A stretch of DNA of 64,000 nt from Flaccisagitta enflata. Taxonomy: Eukaryota. Every line of letters begins with the position of its first letter. Position 1 is the stretch's first letter. Below the pieces are notes generated by a model. That model was not told where the DNA came from. It was given only the letters and a program-made list of their open reading frames with translations, and searched no databases. The translations under genes were made by a program, and so were the position numbers. Positions 1 through 14,500 of the stretch are shown here, piece by piece. The stretch is from contig OZ231126.1 in NCBI GenBank assembly GCA_965153355.1, positions 31,620,001-31,684,000 of the forward strand. The letters run 5' to 3'.

Positions 1-360
1 TACCCATGGGTGTTGGTTGCTATGGAAACACATTTTCACGTATTTACGCTAAAGTATCAATATTTTGAGAAATTTTATGAGGGAACATTGTTTAAAATAA
101 AATTTGCTACAACTTTCTCACAATATCTTCTGTAAGAATATTGCTAGTTTCGCTGTTGCTAAGGAGCGTAACTATGTGTGACAGCCCTGTGATGCTCCCT
201 AGCAACCGCCAAACGAGCGATATTCTTACAGAACATACTGTGGGAAAGTTGTAGCAAATTTTATTTAAAATAATGTTCCCTCATAAAATTTCTCAAAATA
301 TTGATACTTTAGCGTTGATACATGGAAATGTGTTTCCATGGCAACCAACACCCATGGGCA
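1..360. repeat. Large imperfect palindrome (foldback/MITE core), possibly truncated by the window edge
   Basis: 1-168 is the reverse complement of ~191-360 (cccatgggtgttggttgctatggaaacacatt / aatgtgtttccatggcaaccaacacccatggg). Confidence 0.85.
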
Positions 361-582
361 ATAAAACATTCTTTTATATGTTTATATTCAAAATATCACT
401 GTCTTAAGTTTATTTGTCTTCCTGTTATGAATTCCCCCGTATTTCCAAGTCTAGACGACATCTACTGTATCTTAAACGGTTTAGAAATTACAAGCGAAAA
501 TGTAAAAAACATTTATTTTCAAAATTAAGAAAAAATAAAAGACAGAAGATGCAAAAATTATAAACAGCTTTAAATCAACATA

Positions 583-1369
583 CAGTGGGAACCCGATTTA
601 ACGACCTTGAAGGGACTGGGGAATTTTGGTCGCTAAATCCGAGTGTTGTTAAATCGAATTTATAATTTTAGATGCATGTAGTTAGTTTTGAAATATGTTT
701 TCATATGTTTGTATATGTATTCACTATAGTTTTTGTGCAACTGGCCTACGAACCATCACATAAGCTTTAGTATTACTATAGAATATTTGTATATAAAAGA
801 ATATCACATGTAATGAATCTTATATCAAATTGATTACAAACCTCTGTCCATGGCATCATTTTTGAAAATGTCTTTGCTTGACCCTGAGTTTATTTTCATG
901 GGCCGTCACTGTGCAAGCTTGCAAAAAACAACAAATTTGCCAAGATTCTTTACTTTCACTTTGCAAATTATCATCAGAGACAGAGAAAAACTAAAAAAAA
1001 AAATAGAGAATAGAGATGAGGTCATTATGTATAGTTTTTCAGTTCTTTTTTAAAATATTTGTATATCTATTTTTTTCTTATTTTTTGTATTTTTTCTGTA
1101 AATGTATTCAAGTATATTAAGTCCTATAAATATCAAAATCAAAATTTTAGTTCTTATTAATTAAGTGGTTGATGTTACTAAATCAGGTTAAGGTCATCCA
1201 TGGGACTCAAAAATAGCGACTTTAAATCAGGTTTGGATGTTAAATCAGGTGTTGTTAAAGCGAGTAAAATTAACATTACAAAAGCCTGTAAAAATTTGGG
1301 ACTAGAGAAGCTTGGATGTTAAATCCGAAATGTCGTTAAATCAGGTGACGAAAATGCGGTAGTCCACTG
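583..1369. mobile_element. pogo/Tigger (Tc1-mariner)-like MITE
   Basis: TA|CAGTGG...CCACTG|TA termini with repeated subterminal GTTAAATC motifs at both ends. Confidence 0.7.
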
Positions 1370-2271
1370 TATCTCCACTTCTAGAGCAGCTAGTACAATT
1401 TTTAAAAAAACAAAATCATGTACATCAAAAAATCTAGAAGATGAACTCATCCTGGTTTCTTTGGTTTTGTACGTTTGGAAATGGCAGATATAAATATAAA
1501 CTTCTTCCCAAATTGTTAATTTGCCTATGAGTGATAACACTATATCCTTTGTAATAAGTTAGAATTGCTTTAGATATTGCATACAAAAACTTTCATGAGA
1601 ATTTTTAGTTTAAAAAAAGTTATTTTATACATTAACACTTTTTGTATAATAATTAGATAAATATTAGGTCACTAAATCATATTGTATCCCAGGTGTAGAT
1701 ATACTTTTTTCCTAGGTAGTACCGTCTGTATCTCAAATGCTAATTATCAACAGAACTCATTTATAACGGAAATAGCCGATAAGCAAAAGAGAGGTCTCCT
1801 GAAACTAAACCCTCGAAGTTTTGAAGTATAACATTGTGCCATGCCATCTGGAGGGCGGATTAAGAATCGCGTCGGGCGATCGCAGGAACAAATGTTAACG
1901 TGTAAACAGAAAATGAGCCTCAAAGAACAGGAAAAGAAAATGAGAACTGTCGTGTTTTAAGTCATGGCCATTGGAACTTGGTCATCAATTTAGAGTCACG
2001 TGCTTTCGGCGTAAAGATGACAGATAGACAGTCAGTGTTTAGGTCAACTATTTAATGATGTAACACTGCCAAAAGCCGCTTTGGTTGTTACCTAAATTCT
2101 TTCTTGTGCATTGTACAATAAGCCAAAAGCTACAGTACGATTTGAGCAAAGACGACCTAGACTGGCGGATATATTTCAGGTATTTTAATTTCATTTGATT
2201 TATAGAAATATTTGAGATCTACTATCTTTGAAATAAAAAGGTTTCCACACATTTGCATGTATATCTCAGAC

Positions 2272-2908
2272 CAGACCTCTTGATTATGATTTTCTCCCGG
2301 GCAGCAGGATTTGTACACTAAGATCTTCCGACAGACCATCTTGACTAACACCAAATAGAAGGTTACCATATAATGGGGTTTCAGCTATCAAAAACACATT
2401 CAAATTCATCCTTGAGTCTCTGTACATTGATCGTTGATAAATTTCTAGTTGCGTGCACGCAGCTACATATTCCTCTGTCAGTCTGTCCATCTGTCCATCC
2501 ATCCGTCAGTCTATCTATCCATCACATTACATTTTGACTTTAAAGAAATGCCCTCTTTTTTTCTTTTCTTTTTTGTAATCTTTTTCTTACTCTTCTTTTT
2601 CTCTCAATTTGATTTTTTTCCTTTTTCCTTTTTTTTTTCCTCTTTTTTCTTTTTCTTTTTCTTTTTCCTTTTCCTTTTCCTTTTCCTTTCTCTTCTTTTT
2701 TTTTCTTCTTTTTTCTTTTCCTTTTCCTTTTCCTTTTCCTTTTCCTTTTCCTTTTCCTTTCTCTTCTTTTTTTTTCTTCCTTCTTTTCCTTTTCTCCTTT
2801 TCCTTCTTCCTTTTTTTCCTTTTCTCCTTTTCCTTCCCAAACCTTCCGACATGCCCCCTTCCCTTCCGAGCAGCGGCGCTGCACGCTGCAACATAATCAA
2901 GAGGTCTG
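2272..2908. mobile_element. hAT-type MITE
   Basis: Perfect 17-bp TIR CAGACCTCTTGATTATG/CATAATCAAGAGGTCTG with a perfect 8-bp TSD TCTCAGAC (2264-2271, 2909-2916). Internal pyrimidine tract. Confidence 0.9.
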
Positions 2909-2934
2909 TCTCAGACAAGAATCAATGAATCATC

Positions 2935-3400
2935 AAAAAATTGGTGAGATTATCAAAACCCTTCAAATTTGCAAGCAATCTACACAAACCGCATCTCTTT
3001 ATCTCAATGCCCTCTAAAGTTATTTAACTTTGAATGATATTTTTCAATGTTGCTTTTGCCATTTCTACACAGTTTTCAAATGACATCACTTCACTTTTTT
3101 TGAAATAACTTCTATACACATTGAGCGGGACAGATGCGGTTTGTGTAGACTGCTTGCAATTTGAAAGGCTACATTTATGTCACCAATTTTTCTATGATTT
3201 TTTAAATCTCTTTAGTGCTATAAGTGTAAACGTAGCAAAAGCAGGGATCAAGAAAATCACTAGAGAGGTCTGGGACGCCACCAGTACTAAGAGTACTAAG
3301 AGTACTAAGAGTACTAAGAGATGCTCTCCAAACTGCTTCCCTGATGAATGACGGCCATGATTCAGTCAAAGGGGGCTAAAACTAAATATTCATGGATTCA
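2935..3400. repeat. Dispersed repeat with internal inverted repeat; inverted homolog at ~47810-48270
   Basis: Shared motifs aaaaattggtga, caaaccgcatc/gatgcggtttg and tcagtcaaa..gggc..actaaatatt at both loci. Confidence 0.6.
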
Positions 3401-5917
3401 CAATTGATCTGTGTTCATTTTTATATAGATAAATGAACTAATATCATAGGTGGAAACCTTTTTATTTCTAAGATAGTATGCTTGATTATGTTAGTTTTTC
3501 TCATTTTTCAACTAAACTAACTAAAGGCTTTCGTCACAATCTCTTTTCGACGCGAGAACCCAACTTATCACCACGTGAACAGCGTTACCGCAATGTCTAT
3601 TGCACTGTGATAAGTTTTTATAGTTGGATGACCTTCCTAACTACCTGGATTACCTTGCCAACCCATTTTATGTGACTACACTTCCCCTAGGGGGCCTGAA
3701 AATTAGGTCAAAATGGCCACATTGGCATGTTCGGATTCTGACCGGACAAGCAAATAACAAGCAAAACCTATCAAAAAATAGATTATCTGATCATTTCTCA
3801 GCTTTTAATCAGTTATCATCAATCCGATGTGATGTACAAAAAATTTCATCCTACTGCGCAAATGCTAAGTTGTTCAAATATTGTATTATCATCAAATTTT
3901 GATCCTTCTTACTCTTTTGCCATTTCATGGCAAAATCAGAGTAGGCCAATTTCCATTTTTAAAACACTATAAATTCTCAAAATTAATCACTTTTCAGGTT
4001 TCTATCTAATAGAGGACTACTTGAATGACATATGCTCCAAATTTCACGCCACTCTGACACCCCAATCCCTCGTGATGACACTTTTCTTCAAGCGTGATTA
4101 TTCCGCACACACCCCCAGCTTTTCTGTCACGCTCATGTCACGCTTTTAAGTCTGTCACTTTCACGCCATTGTGAAACTGTTGATGGACATTTGGATAACA
4201 CGATGAGAAAGAGCATGAAATTTTGCATCTACACTAAAAATTTCAGGTCCTAAATCCCGGGCATTCAGCCGGAATGAAATTTTCGATGTGATTTGTCAGT
4301 AAATTATTGCAGAATAATCACGCTTCCCATCTGCTTGTCGGTCCGTCTATCTGTCTGTAGAGTTTTACACTTTCGGTGTTTACAGGCGCAGAGGTGCTGA
4401 TTCAGCTAAGCTGCCGCGTAGCATGAAAAATTCAGCATAATAAGCCACATCTTTGATCAGCGGCGTAGGAGAAGGGACTTCTGGGACTTCTAACTAACGC
4501 CTCTCACAAAATTAGACGAACTGGGATCAGAACTTGTCTATAATTGTGTTTTTAAAGTCCAAAACAGGATTTTAGGTTAAGGAAAATATTAAAACATGTT
4601 ATTTCCATGAGGGTTCTACAATAAAAGTCCAAATTACGTCAACCAAGAGCTGCAAATAGCATCTTCAAATGATATCATGCAAATTTTAGGTTTTCTTCAG
4701 CTCCAAATTTCTTGCTAAAACCATTCTATTTGACAAGGGGTTTTGTGACTTTTCACAGCTGTCACTGACTGTATCTTGGTACTGTTGACTCATTTTTATA
4801 TGTCAGTGATATAAGAACCCGAGATTTGATGTTTTCTTGCATTTGTAACAGGAAAATTTAAGGAGGTTTATGTTCTCTCATCATCAAAAATTTCCATGTC
4901 AAAATCAGTCAAAATCTTTAACTGCATTTTTGCCATATCACTTCCCGAGAGCCACGCATTTCCCCAGGTTCAAAACTTTGCCCTGGTTTGTGAAAGTACT
5001 ATATTTTAGCTTTCTTTATGACAAATTTCAGGCCACTGAATGCCATATTTCTATCAATTTTGATCATTCTTCCAGTTCGCCTAATTATGTGAGAGGTGTT
5101 ATGACAAAAATAAAAACCGAACAACATGTTTGTCAATGTTTTTTACCCAAGCAATACTACCTAGGAAAAAAGTCTACGTTCACCTATAAGTAGTTATTAC
5201 TATACTTCTAGTCAAGATAAATAAGAAAAATTGGTGAGATTCAGAAACTACTTCAAAAGATCTATCATTTGGGACCAATCCTATTCTTGTGGCTTTAACC
5301 GTTTAGAAATGAGAATGATTTTAAGATGACATGTCTTTTTGAAAAATGAAGAGAAAAGAGAATCAATTCAGTTTTGGTGAGCACTGTTGTCAACACAGAA
5401 TTAAGTTATTGTCTTGGTATATTTTCTTTGTTATAACGGATGTTTTTCATGCACTGGCATAAGATTATCCCACTAAGTCCCAATGTCACTATAGTTGAAA
5501 ACCTTTGTCAAGATTAAGCATCTGGAATAAGAGGAATGAGTGATATCAACTGAGTGGGTGATAAAAAGCTACGGGAAAGTTCTCATGACACATCTTGTTA
5601 GAATTCATATTGAGGCTCAGCAAATTGTTACAATGCCTAACGGAAGTAGCCATAACCTAGGCAGGACACCAAATAATATTGCCAAGAAAAAAAGCACTTT
5701 GTTTTGTTGATATTTTTGGCATAAATGCACTGTTCCCTCAAGTGAACGTAGACTTTTTTCCTAGGTAGTAGGAAAAACATAGCAAAATCTGTAACCATTT
5801 TGAAGCTCTGCGAAAGATCTCTCAAATGGGACCTTGCTGAATGTCCTAGTTTTATCCGTTTGGAAATGGCATAAGAATGAAGACAGGTTGTCAGGAATTT
5901 AAAAATTCGCTACAGGA

Positions 5918-6421
5918 CAGACCTGAACATTCTGCTTCCCTTCCGAGTAGCAGGATTTGCCCACTCAAACCTTCCGACATTTCTATATCCATAACTTTTC
6001 TATGACCACTACTGTTTCTAGTTTCCAGAATTGAAAAACTTAAGCCATTCCTTTTTATCATATCAGTAAAGCGTACACCTGTAAGTGTAATAGCAATATA
6101 CCTGTAAATGTAATAGCAATAAACAATATCATCACTATTTTCTTCATCTAATCTGTCAATCTTTTTATCTGTCTGTTAACCCAACTATATCAGTTTATCT
6201 CCCTGTCCTCCTACTTTTTCCTCTTCTTATTTTTTTTTCATTTATTTTTTTCTTCTTTTGCTTTTTCTTTCCTTCTCTTCCTGTTTTTTCTTTTTTGCTT
6301 ATTTTTTTTCCTTCTCTTTTTTTTTTTCTGTCATTTTTTTTTCTTCTGTCAAAAATTTCCGAGATACCTCCTGATCTTCCGAGTAGCGGCGCTACTCGCT
6401 ACTACAGAATATACAGGTCTG
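5918..6421. mobile_element. hAT-type MITE, related to 2272-2908
   Basis: TIR CAGACCTGAACATTCTG / CAGAATATACAGGTCTG. Near-TSD ctacagga / (a)gtacagga. Shares subterminal cttccgag(c/t)agcggcgct and agcaggatttg motifs. Confidence 0.75.
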
Positions 6422-6438
6422 AGTACAGGATTTTCATG

Positions 6439-6604
6439 TTTTTAGTTGCGGACACGCAACTCTATAAGAGGCTTTGTCCGTCCATCGGTTGGTCGGTCCG
6501 TCGGTCGGTCCGTCATGGTGATCGAGTTAGAAAGTGTGAAAACGCGCATTTCCGCCCCTGCCCACCCGTCCGCAACTGGTATTGGCTGTGTATCCGGCCT
6601 TGTT
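6439..6604 (+). mobile_element. DINE-1/HINE-like non-autonomous Helentron, family A
   Basis: T-run start, subTIR AGTTGCGGAC (6444) / GTCCGCAACT (6568), (GTCY)n tract, 3' hairpin ggctg-tgtatc-cggcc followed by ttgtt. Confidence 0.75.
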
Positions 6605-6965
6605 ACTTTATATGTCCTCTCATGCCTCAAATTAGGCCTCAAATTAGTCCTCTCAAGCTTCCAATTGGCATTCTCAGGCCTTACATCAGCCTTCTTAGAC
6701 CTCAATTTAAGCTCTTGAAGGTCTTCAGTCAACCCTCTATGTAGCATCTCATCCAGGTAAGGCAGGACGAACAAAAGTCCCCCTGTGTTCTACAGGACTT
6801 CGTCCCCTTCAGGGCCGCTGCCCTGCTTCCCCTCACTCCAACTCACAATCACTCAAAGCAGGGCTAAGGGTATCGCTGACCACATATTGCCCTTGGGCGA
6901 CCTGTTTATTTTGCCATAGTGATGTAAGTCACTGTTGTTGGGACACCAAAGTTGTCGGGACACCA

Positions 6966-7368
6966 ATTTTTAGTCGCGTGCTCGCGACTCTGCAACCCGC
7001 TTTGTCCGTCGGTCGGTCGGTTGGTTGGTCGGTTGGTTGGTCGGTTGGTCGGTCGGTCACACTTTACTTTTTTTAATGATTTTATTACTTTGACCTCCCT
7101 GCTCCTGCCCAAATGGTCTGGTGACCTCAAATATGGCCCCCGCCCACCCGCACGCGACTTTGGTAGCCTTGTTTCAAGAAAAGTGAAAAGGAAGAAAAAT
7201 TAGTAAAACAAAGCCGGATACACGGCCACCAGTTGCGGACAGGTGGGCAGGGGCGGAAATGCGCGTTTTCCCACTTTTCGACTCGATCATCACGGACCGA
7301 CGGACAGAGGGACCGACGGACGGACGGACCGACGAACAAAGCTTCTTATAGAGTTGCGTGTCCGCAAC

Positions 7369-7370
<2 letters not shown>
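6966..7370. mobile_element. Two family-A HINE-like elements tail-to-tail (6966-7174 plus; 7207-7370 minus)
   Basis: subTIRs AGTCGCGTGC/GCACGCGACT and AGTTGCGGAC; (GGTC/GGTT)n tracts; conserved cccctgcccacccg box. Confidence 0.75.
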
Positions 7371-7440
<70 letters not shown>

Positions 7441-7555
7441 TTAAAGCCAAACCCAGGCGGCTGGCTGGCCCGGCTTAACGGCTAGCCGCTAAGCCGGAGC
7501 GGGCCGTTTTGGTGATTTTCAAATATCAAATCATTGATTTATGCTTTTAAAGCTA

Positions 7556-7781
7556 ACAAGGACAACCCTTTACAGTCGCGTGCGGTTGTTAAGACCATGA
7601 GACCAAAAGATTAAAAGACCAAAAGACTAACAGACTAAATGTAAATTGACTTAAATTTACCTTAAACATCTTAGAATGACTTAAAATGGCGTAAAACGTC
7701 GAAAAAAAGCTAAGTGCTTCCGACCGACAGACGGACAGACGGACAGAGTGGGTTGTAGAGTCGCGTGCACGCGACTAAAAA
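7556..7781 (-). mobile_element. Family-A HINE-like element with central repeats (related to 62693-63042)
   Basis: Ends gagtcgcgtgcacgcgactaaaaa; (GACG/GACA)n tract; gacttaaaat-type repeats. Confidence 0.6.
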
Positions 7782-8165
7782 AGAACATCAAAATCGCGGC
7801 GGTGATTTCATATTTTGGTTTATTTTTTCTCTTTCTTTCTTTCTATCTTTCTTTCTTTCTTTTCTTCTTTCTGTCTTTTTTTTTCTTTCCCCTTGTTTTT
7901 TCCTTTTTTTTCACTTTGTTTTCTTATTCCGTCATTTTTTTTTCTGTCTTTTTTTTAATTAAATCTTTCAGCCTTTCAGTCTCTCTTTTTTTTCAGTCTT
8001 ACTGTCTTTCAGTCATTCCTTTTTTTTAGTATTCCAGTCTTGCATTTTTAGTTGTGTGCACGCAACTCTACACTTTGCCGTGTTGGTTGGTCGGTCCGTT
8101 GGTCCGTTAGGTAATTTAAGCTAATTTGAAGTAATCAAAGGTACTTTAGGGTACTTCAGGGTACT

Positions 8166-8241
<76 letters not shown>

Positions 8242-8293
8242 GGTTGTTGTTGTGGTTGTTGTTGTTACTGTTTTTTTTGTTGTTGTTGTTTTT

Positions 8294-8371
<78 letters not shown>

Positions 8372-8790
8372 GGTGTTGTTGTTATTGATGTTGTTGTTGT
8401 AGTTTTTGAAGTTGTTGATGCTCTGGTTGTTGTGGTTGTTGACAGACCTATCCCCTGTCCCCCGGGTAAACACTTCTAATGGTACCCTGCCCATGTTACT
8501 TGGGGCAACAAATTAACTGGACAAAATATTCGTATAATGTTTCTGCTTATATCTCTCAACCCGTAGTGTTTAGCCAAATTCCAGTTTCAGATATGGACTC
8601 AGCGTGTTCTTTCGCATCTTTTTACCTTTTCAAAAGCGATTTTTTTCAACAAAAATAGTTATCATTTTTGTTTTCTTTCTGTAAAATGTCATGATAGCGA
8701 TCCCTTAAAAGTAAACGCTGACACCTGTACTGCCACTAAAGACAGAGTAGTATCATCATCATCATTATCATCATCATCATCAACATCATT

Positions 8791-8852
<62 letters not shown>

Positions 8853-9065
8853 CATCATCATTATCATCATCATCCAAACTCAACCAGAGACTTAGTTTTA
8901 AAAATTGCAAGATTATATTAGGAGGGCCCTATCCAAACCGCTCCAAACTACTCCTGCTCCAACTGGCTTAAGTGATTTTGAATATGAATGAGCGATGTGA
9001 CATCACAGCAGTAATATCATGGTAATTTTTCATGAGCCGATTCACAGCCGGACCGGCCAGCCGCC

Positions 9066-9119
<54 letters not shown>

Positions 9120-9302
9120 CAGAGAGAGAGAGAGACAGAGAGAGACACACAGAAAGAGAGAGACAGAGACAGACAGACAGAGAAAAAGATAGACAGACTG
9201 ACTGACAGAGAGACAGAGAGACAGAAACATGAAAAAAGTTGAAAAGTAGACAGCAAAAAGAAAAAAAGATTAAAGAAAAGAGGAAAAAGAAAAAAGGAAG
9301 AA

Positions 9303-10384
9303 ACGGCCAGAAGTCTCACTTGCAAAATTCTTAAAAAAAAAAAAAAAAATGGACCCATCCCAGATTTTTGCGCAGGGGACCTAAAAAGGCTGTAGAACAA
9401 GATTCTGATGTTCATTTTGACCTGACTTGAGCCAAAAAAAAAAGAAACGGTTTTTATTGCAAAAAACGGTTATTTTTCCTAAAGAAATAGTATTAAATAA
9501 AATATTTTTGACTTTTTTTTTACAGAAACATAAAGTCCCAATAGTAATTGATATTTGAGTGACTCTAGAACAATTTTGAATCGGTCTATGAGGTTCAAAA
9601 ATAGCATTAAAATGCTCAAAAATGAAGAAATAACCTAAAAATTAAAAAATTGTAAAAACTGATGTTTTGGAACAGTTTCTTAGGGTAAAATATGCTGTCA
9701 GTATGAATTTCATCGATTTACTTAAAAAAACATAGCCGTGATAAGCGAAAAACGCAAAACCGCAATATGCAAATGAGGTTAAAGTGCGGTTTTTGCAAAA
9801 AATGGCTTTGGAAAGATAAGTACTCAATATTTCATTGTGTTTAGCTTCTATAGAAAGAAAAAACATGTTGTGCCATTTTTTGCAAAAATCGCACTTTGAT
9901 CTCATTTGCATATTGCGGTTTTGCGTTTTTCGCTTATCACGGCCATGTTTTTTTAAGTAAATCGATGAAATTCATACTGACAGCATATTTTTCCCTAAGA
10001 AACTGTTCCAAATCATCAGTTTTGACGATTTTTTAATTCTTAGGTCATTTCTTCATTTTTGAGCATTTTAATGCTATTTTTGAACCTCATAGACCTATTA
10101 AAAATTGTTCTACATTCACTCAAATATCAATTACTATTGGTACTTTATGTTTCTGCAAAAAAAAGGGCTAAAATATTTCATTTAATGCAATTTTTTTAGG
10201 AAAAATAGCTGTTTTTTGCACTAAAACCCGTTTCTTTTTTTTTTGGCTCAAGTTAGGTCAAAATGAACATCAGAATCTTGTTCTACAGCCTTTTTAGGTC
10301 CCCTATGCAAAAATCTGGGATGGGTCCATTTTTTTTTTTCATAACCATTAAAATTGAGATTTTCGCCATCGAGATTCCTGGCCG
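9303..10384. mobile_element. ~1.1-kb palindromic foldback/MITE
   Basis: Arms ~9340-9810 and ~9880-10340 are reverse complements (atggacccatcccagatttttg...ttgagccaaaa / ttttggctcaa...caaaaatctgggatgggtccat). Confidence 0.88.
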
Positions 10385-10736
10385 GAAAGTAAGACAGATA
10401 GAAAAACAGACCAACACAGATAAACTGATAGAGAGACAGAAAACTAAATGTACTTTCATGGTTGCAAATTAACTTACAAGCCTAAGTGAGCTTAGATAGG
10501 GGAAGAGCTACAACTTAAAATTTCTAAGGCTGAGAGCGCATCTTGTTTTTAATAAAAACTCGCCCCTTGAAGTATTGAGAGTCATTGAAGGCGCAAATCA
10601 TCACTGATCTAGGCGTTCTTGGTTTTGTTCCACGGAGATTCAATTTCTCTCGCCGTCGGCTTGAACTAAACATCATTATTTTCTTCTTAGGGGCCCCTAA
10701 GGGCCCCCAAAAAAGCCCTTTTTGAGATTTTTTTCT

Positions 10737-11092
10737 AAAGTGGGGTGCAATCAATAGGAAATTGTTTGATTTGCCTAGATCCAAAATCTTGTATTCTCAT
10801 TTTTTTTTCAAAAAACTTAGAAAATTTTTGTGTCGCGCGTCAGGGACTTAGATAAAGAAAATTACAAATATTTTTTTTTAAAATGGTTTTTAAAAGTGGG
10901 GTGCAGTCAAAAGGAAATTGTTTGATTTGCCTAGATCCAAAATCTTGTATTTTTGATTTTTTTTTCAAAAAAAACTTTGAAAATTTTTGTGTCGCGTGTC
11001 AGGGATTTAAAAAAAAAATCACAAAATGTTTTTTTGAAAAATGGTTTTCAAAAGTGGGGTGCAATCAATAAGAAATTGTTTAATTCGCCTAG
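10737..11092 (+). repeat. Tandem repeat, ~157-bp unit, ~2.3 copies
   Basis: aaagtggggtgca(a/g)tcaa..ggaaattgttt recurs at ~10737, ~10893 and ~11051. Confidence 0.8.
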
Positions 11093-11577
11093 TTTTTTTT
11101 CTTTTTTCAAAAGATTTTAAAAATTTATTAGGGGGGAGTTCAAAGAAAGAACGGAAAAAAAGAATGTCGGTTTTCTCTTTTACTTTTTAAGTATGAAAAA
11201 GGCCGTAACTTCTAAATTGATGCGATTGTCCTGAAATTTGAAATACTAGCTGACGTCATGCTTCTCGACGTACAAGCCAAAAATCTCGATTGTGAACCGT
11301 AGTAAAGTTGAACACACTTATTTGCCTAGCTTAGAGATTGAAATTGACAAATTGATCCAATTTAGGTGTTTTTTACAAAAGTATGTATGACAAAAATCAC
11401 TATTTTTATACAGTTTATAAGTAAAAACTACAAATTAGTTTCTATTGGGACACCAAATCTATCGGACACTAGTTAAGAGGTGATAGTCCTACAAAATCTA
11501 GCTCCCCTATGACGCTGCTTTTGAAACGTACATAGGCTATGGACCCCCCCAAGACTTTCTCCCTATCCATCTATAAC

Positions 11578-14500
11578 TAGGCCCCTGACAATGAAGGTTT
11601 TTTTTTACAGTTGGCACTTCTCCGTTGTACCATTCTCAAGTAATATCCATGAGCTTCAATGCTACATGTTTGTTTTGTCAAAAAATGTTCGGGAAGTGTA
11701 AGTCCAAGGGGGTCAAAGGTCAGGGGGTCAAAGTATGATCCCCCACGGGGGTCAAAATTTCAAAGTTTTCAAAATTAAAATCTGATTGCAGATTTGGATT
11801 CCTCTCAAAAAAGTAGCAAAAGAACGTACTCTTCTTTTTTTTCATTTCTCATTTTAAGTGGGTCAAAATTGGGGTCAAAGGTCACAAGTGACCCCAATCT
11901 GACCTCACGTGAGGTCAAAAATGAACACGCGGATAATCAAAATTCTGGGACCAGTTTTAGAATCCTCATAAATAATGAGTTGATAGTTATCACTGTCAAT
12001 TTCAGATTTTCCCAGAAAATGTCTGTGAAAAAAATATTAACCTATAGAGCTAATTTGAGGTCGGGGGGTGGGGGCATGTTTGTAGCTGAAAGGGCATATT
12101 TGAGGCCTGGAGAGCTGATTTTAGATCTGGAGGGCAGATTTGAGGTCTGGAGAGCTGATTTTAGGTCTTTATGGCCAAAATGTTAATTGAATAGGCTAAC
12201 TCAAGGGCTTTGAGGGCAAAAATCAGGCCTGAGAGTGCTGATTTGAGGCCCGGAGGGTCTTTGGGGTGATGGTTGGGCAGACAGGTGGACAGATGGACAG
12301 AAGGATAGACAGATGGACAGATGTCTGAAAATCAACCCCTGTGGCCTACAGTTTCCTATAATTGTGCTACCAGAATCACATCTTTAACTGATGAGATAAA
12401 AAGTAGCAAAAGAAAGTACTCTTCTTTTTTTTCATTTGTCATTTTAATTAGGTCAAAATTGGGGTCAAAGGTCATGAGTGACCCCAATCTGATCACACAA
12501 GAGGTCAAAAATAAAAATGCGGATAATCCAAATTCTGAGACCAGTTTTGGAATCCCCATGAAAAATTAGTTGATAGTTATTACTGTCATTTTCAAGTTTT
12601 CTCAGAAAATGTCTGTTAAAAATGACAATATTTGTCATGATGCACAACAGGGTCCTAACAGAAATCTAGACTCGCTATGTATTCTGAATCTACTTAAAAA
12701 GAACACAGCTCCTAAGCATATATATTTAATATAGATATGGCCTTTCTGACTTTTGATCATCCTGTAAAGTCAAATTAAGCTTTTGGGCAGGGGGACGAAG
12801 TCCTGTTGAATACGGGGAATTTTGTTTGTTTGTTCATTTGTCTGTAGTTGTATCCCCCCCCTCCCTTGAGCTCTAATCAACCCTTTCAGGCCTCCAACTA
12901 ACCCTCTTGGCCCTCAAGATGGTCCTCACAGGCCTGACTTAAAATGACTTATAATGACTTAAAATGGATTTTGGGAAGGAGCTGTGTCATTAAATAAAAA
13001 CAAAAACTGATTTGTACTTGTCAAACTCTGGGGACATAGCGGGTAGCTCACCTTACCTCACCACAACCTGGTTTAGCCATGATGAACCTTCCTCCTACGC
13101 TTCCTTTTTTTTACACAAGTTTTTTCAGCGAAAAAAAGTTACCCATACATCATTATGTCCATAAATGACAGGAATTTATTAAATTTGAAATTTGATTTTT
13201 TTGCCTAATTTACCGCATGAGCTTTAATCAAACCTAGGTCGAAAATTCCAACAATGCTTTTTTGCTCGCTTTCCCGAGGAACCACTTCATGTTTACCTCT
13301 CTACTGTGAGCCCAAAAAGCTTAATAATGCAAAAAAAGTAATAGCAGCCCAAGGGCAGTAAATGGTCAGTGGTACCTGTGCCCTGTTTGAGTAGTGTGTG
13401 ATTTGAGTTGAAGGGAAGCAGGGCAGCGGCCCCAAAGCGGAAATCTGCCCGTCTTTCCATCCATCCATCCGTCCGTTCTACCAGAAAGCCCAATTCTAAG
13501 CAGTGTGGCCCAAATATAAGCAAAAATGGCCCAAATCCAAGCATAATGGCCCAAATCCAAGCAAAATGGTCCTAAACTGGTCAGAACCTAGATATCAGAG
13601 GCTACAATACAGGTCTAATGGGCCAAAATGATGGAACCAAGGCCACTATTGGGGTTTCTGGCTATATTTGGGCCATTTTGCTTGAATTTAGGCCATTCTG
13701 CATGGATTTGGGCCATTTTGCTAGAATTTGGGCCATATTGCTTGGATTTGGGAGAATTTGGGTCAGAATAAGCCCCAAAGGAGACAAAGCCCTGATGGGG
13801 GGGACGGACGGACGGATGGACGTATGGATGGACAGATTCTCCCTGTGTTCTAGAGGACTTTGTCCCCTTAGGGACTGCTGCCCAAAAAACAGACCGACCC
13901 ATGGACTGACCGAGCCACCAACAAAGCAGGGCGTGGAGTCACGCAGCACTTGACTAGCAAGTCACAAGGCCCTCTTCCATTTCATTCAGTTTGGTATTAG
14001 AGTGGGTTTAATTTGGGCATTCGAATGAATCATTATTTCCATGCATTTTCATGTTCTATTCGCATATCAAGAGCCTAATCTCATTGGAAAATTGATCTGG
14101 ACTTGATCTAGGCACTCCATCATTAATGCTGTAGTTGTATAGAATTACTATGAAAGTTGGACAAAATTACTACTCAACCCAATCTAAGCAAAGGACAAGA
14201 GCCTTTGGAGCTCTCAATGGTGTTTAATCCGGACCCATCACAACTATCCTTATATCTTTTGTTTGAAACTTCCCTTTTCAGAATTGATCATAAGTTCCTT
14301 CAAAAGTCATGTATCATTTTGAAAATTGTCACCAATTTCCGCCCAAACTTGAGATGGAACAAATTTCTCTCATAACTCCAGGAATCAATTCTATACAACC
14401 ACAGCATTGAATCCCACTTTATCGGATTTCAATAAACCAACAAATCTTATCAGTTAAAGATGTGATTCTGGTAGCACAATTATAGGAAACTGTAGGCCAC

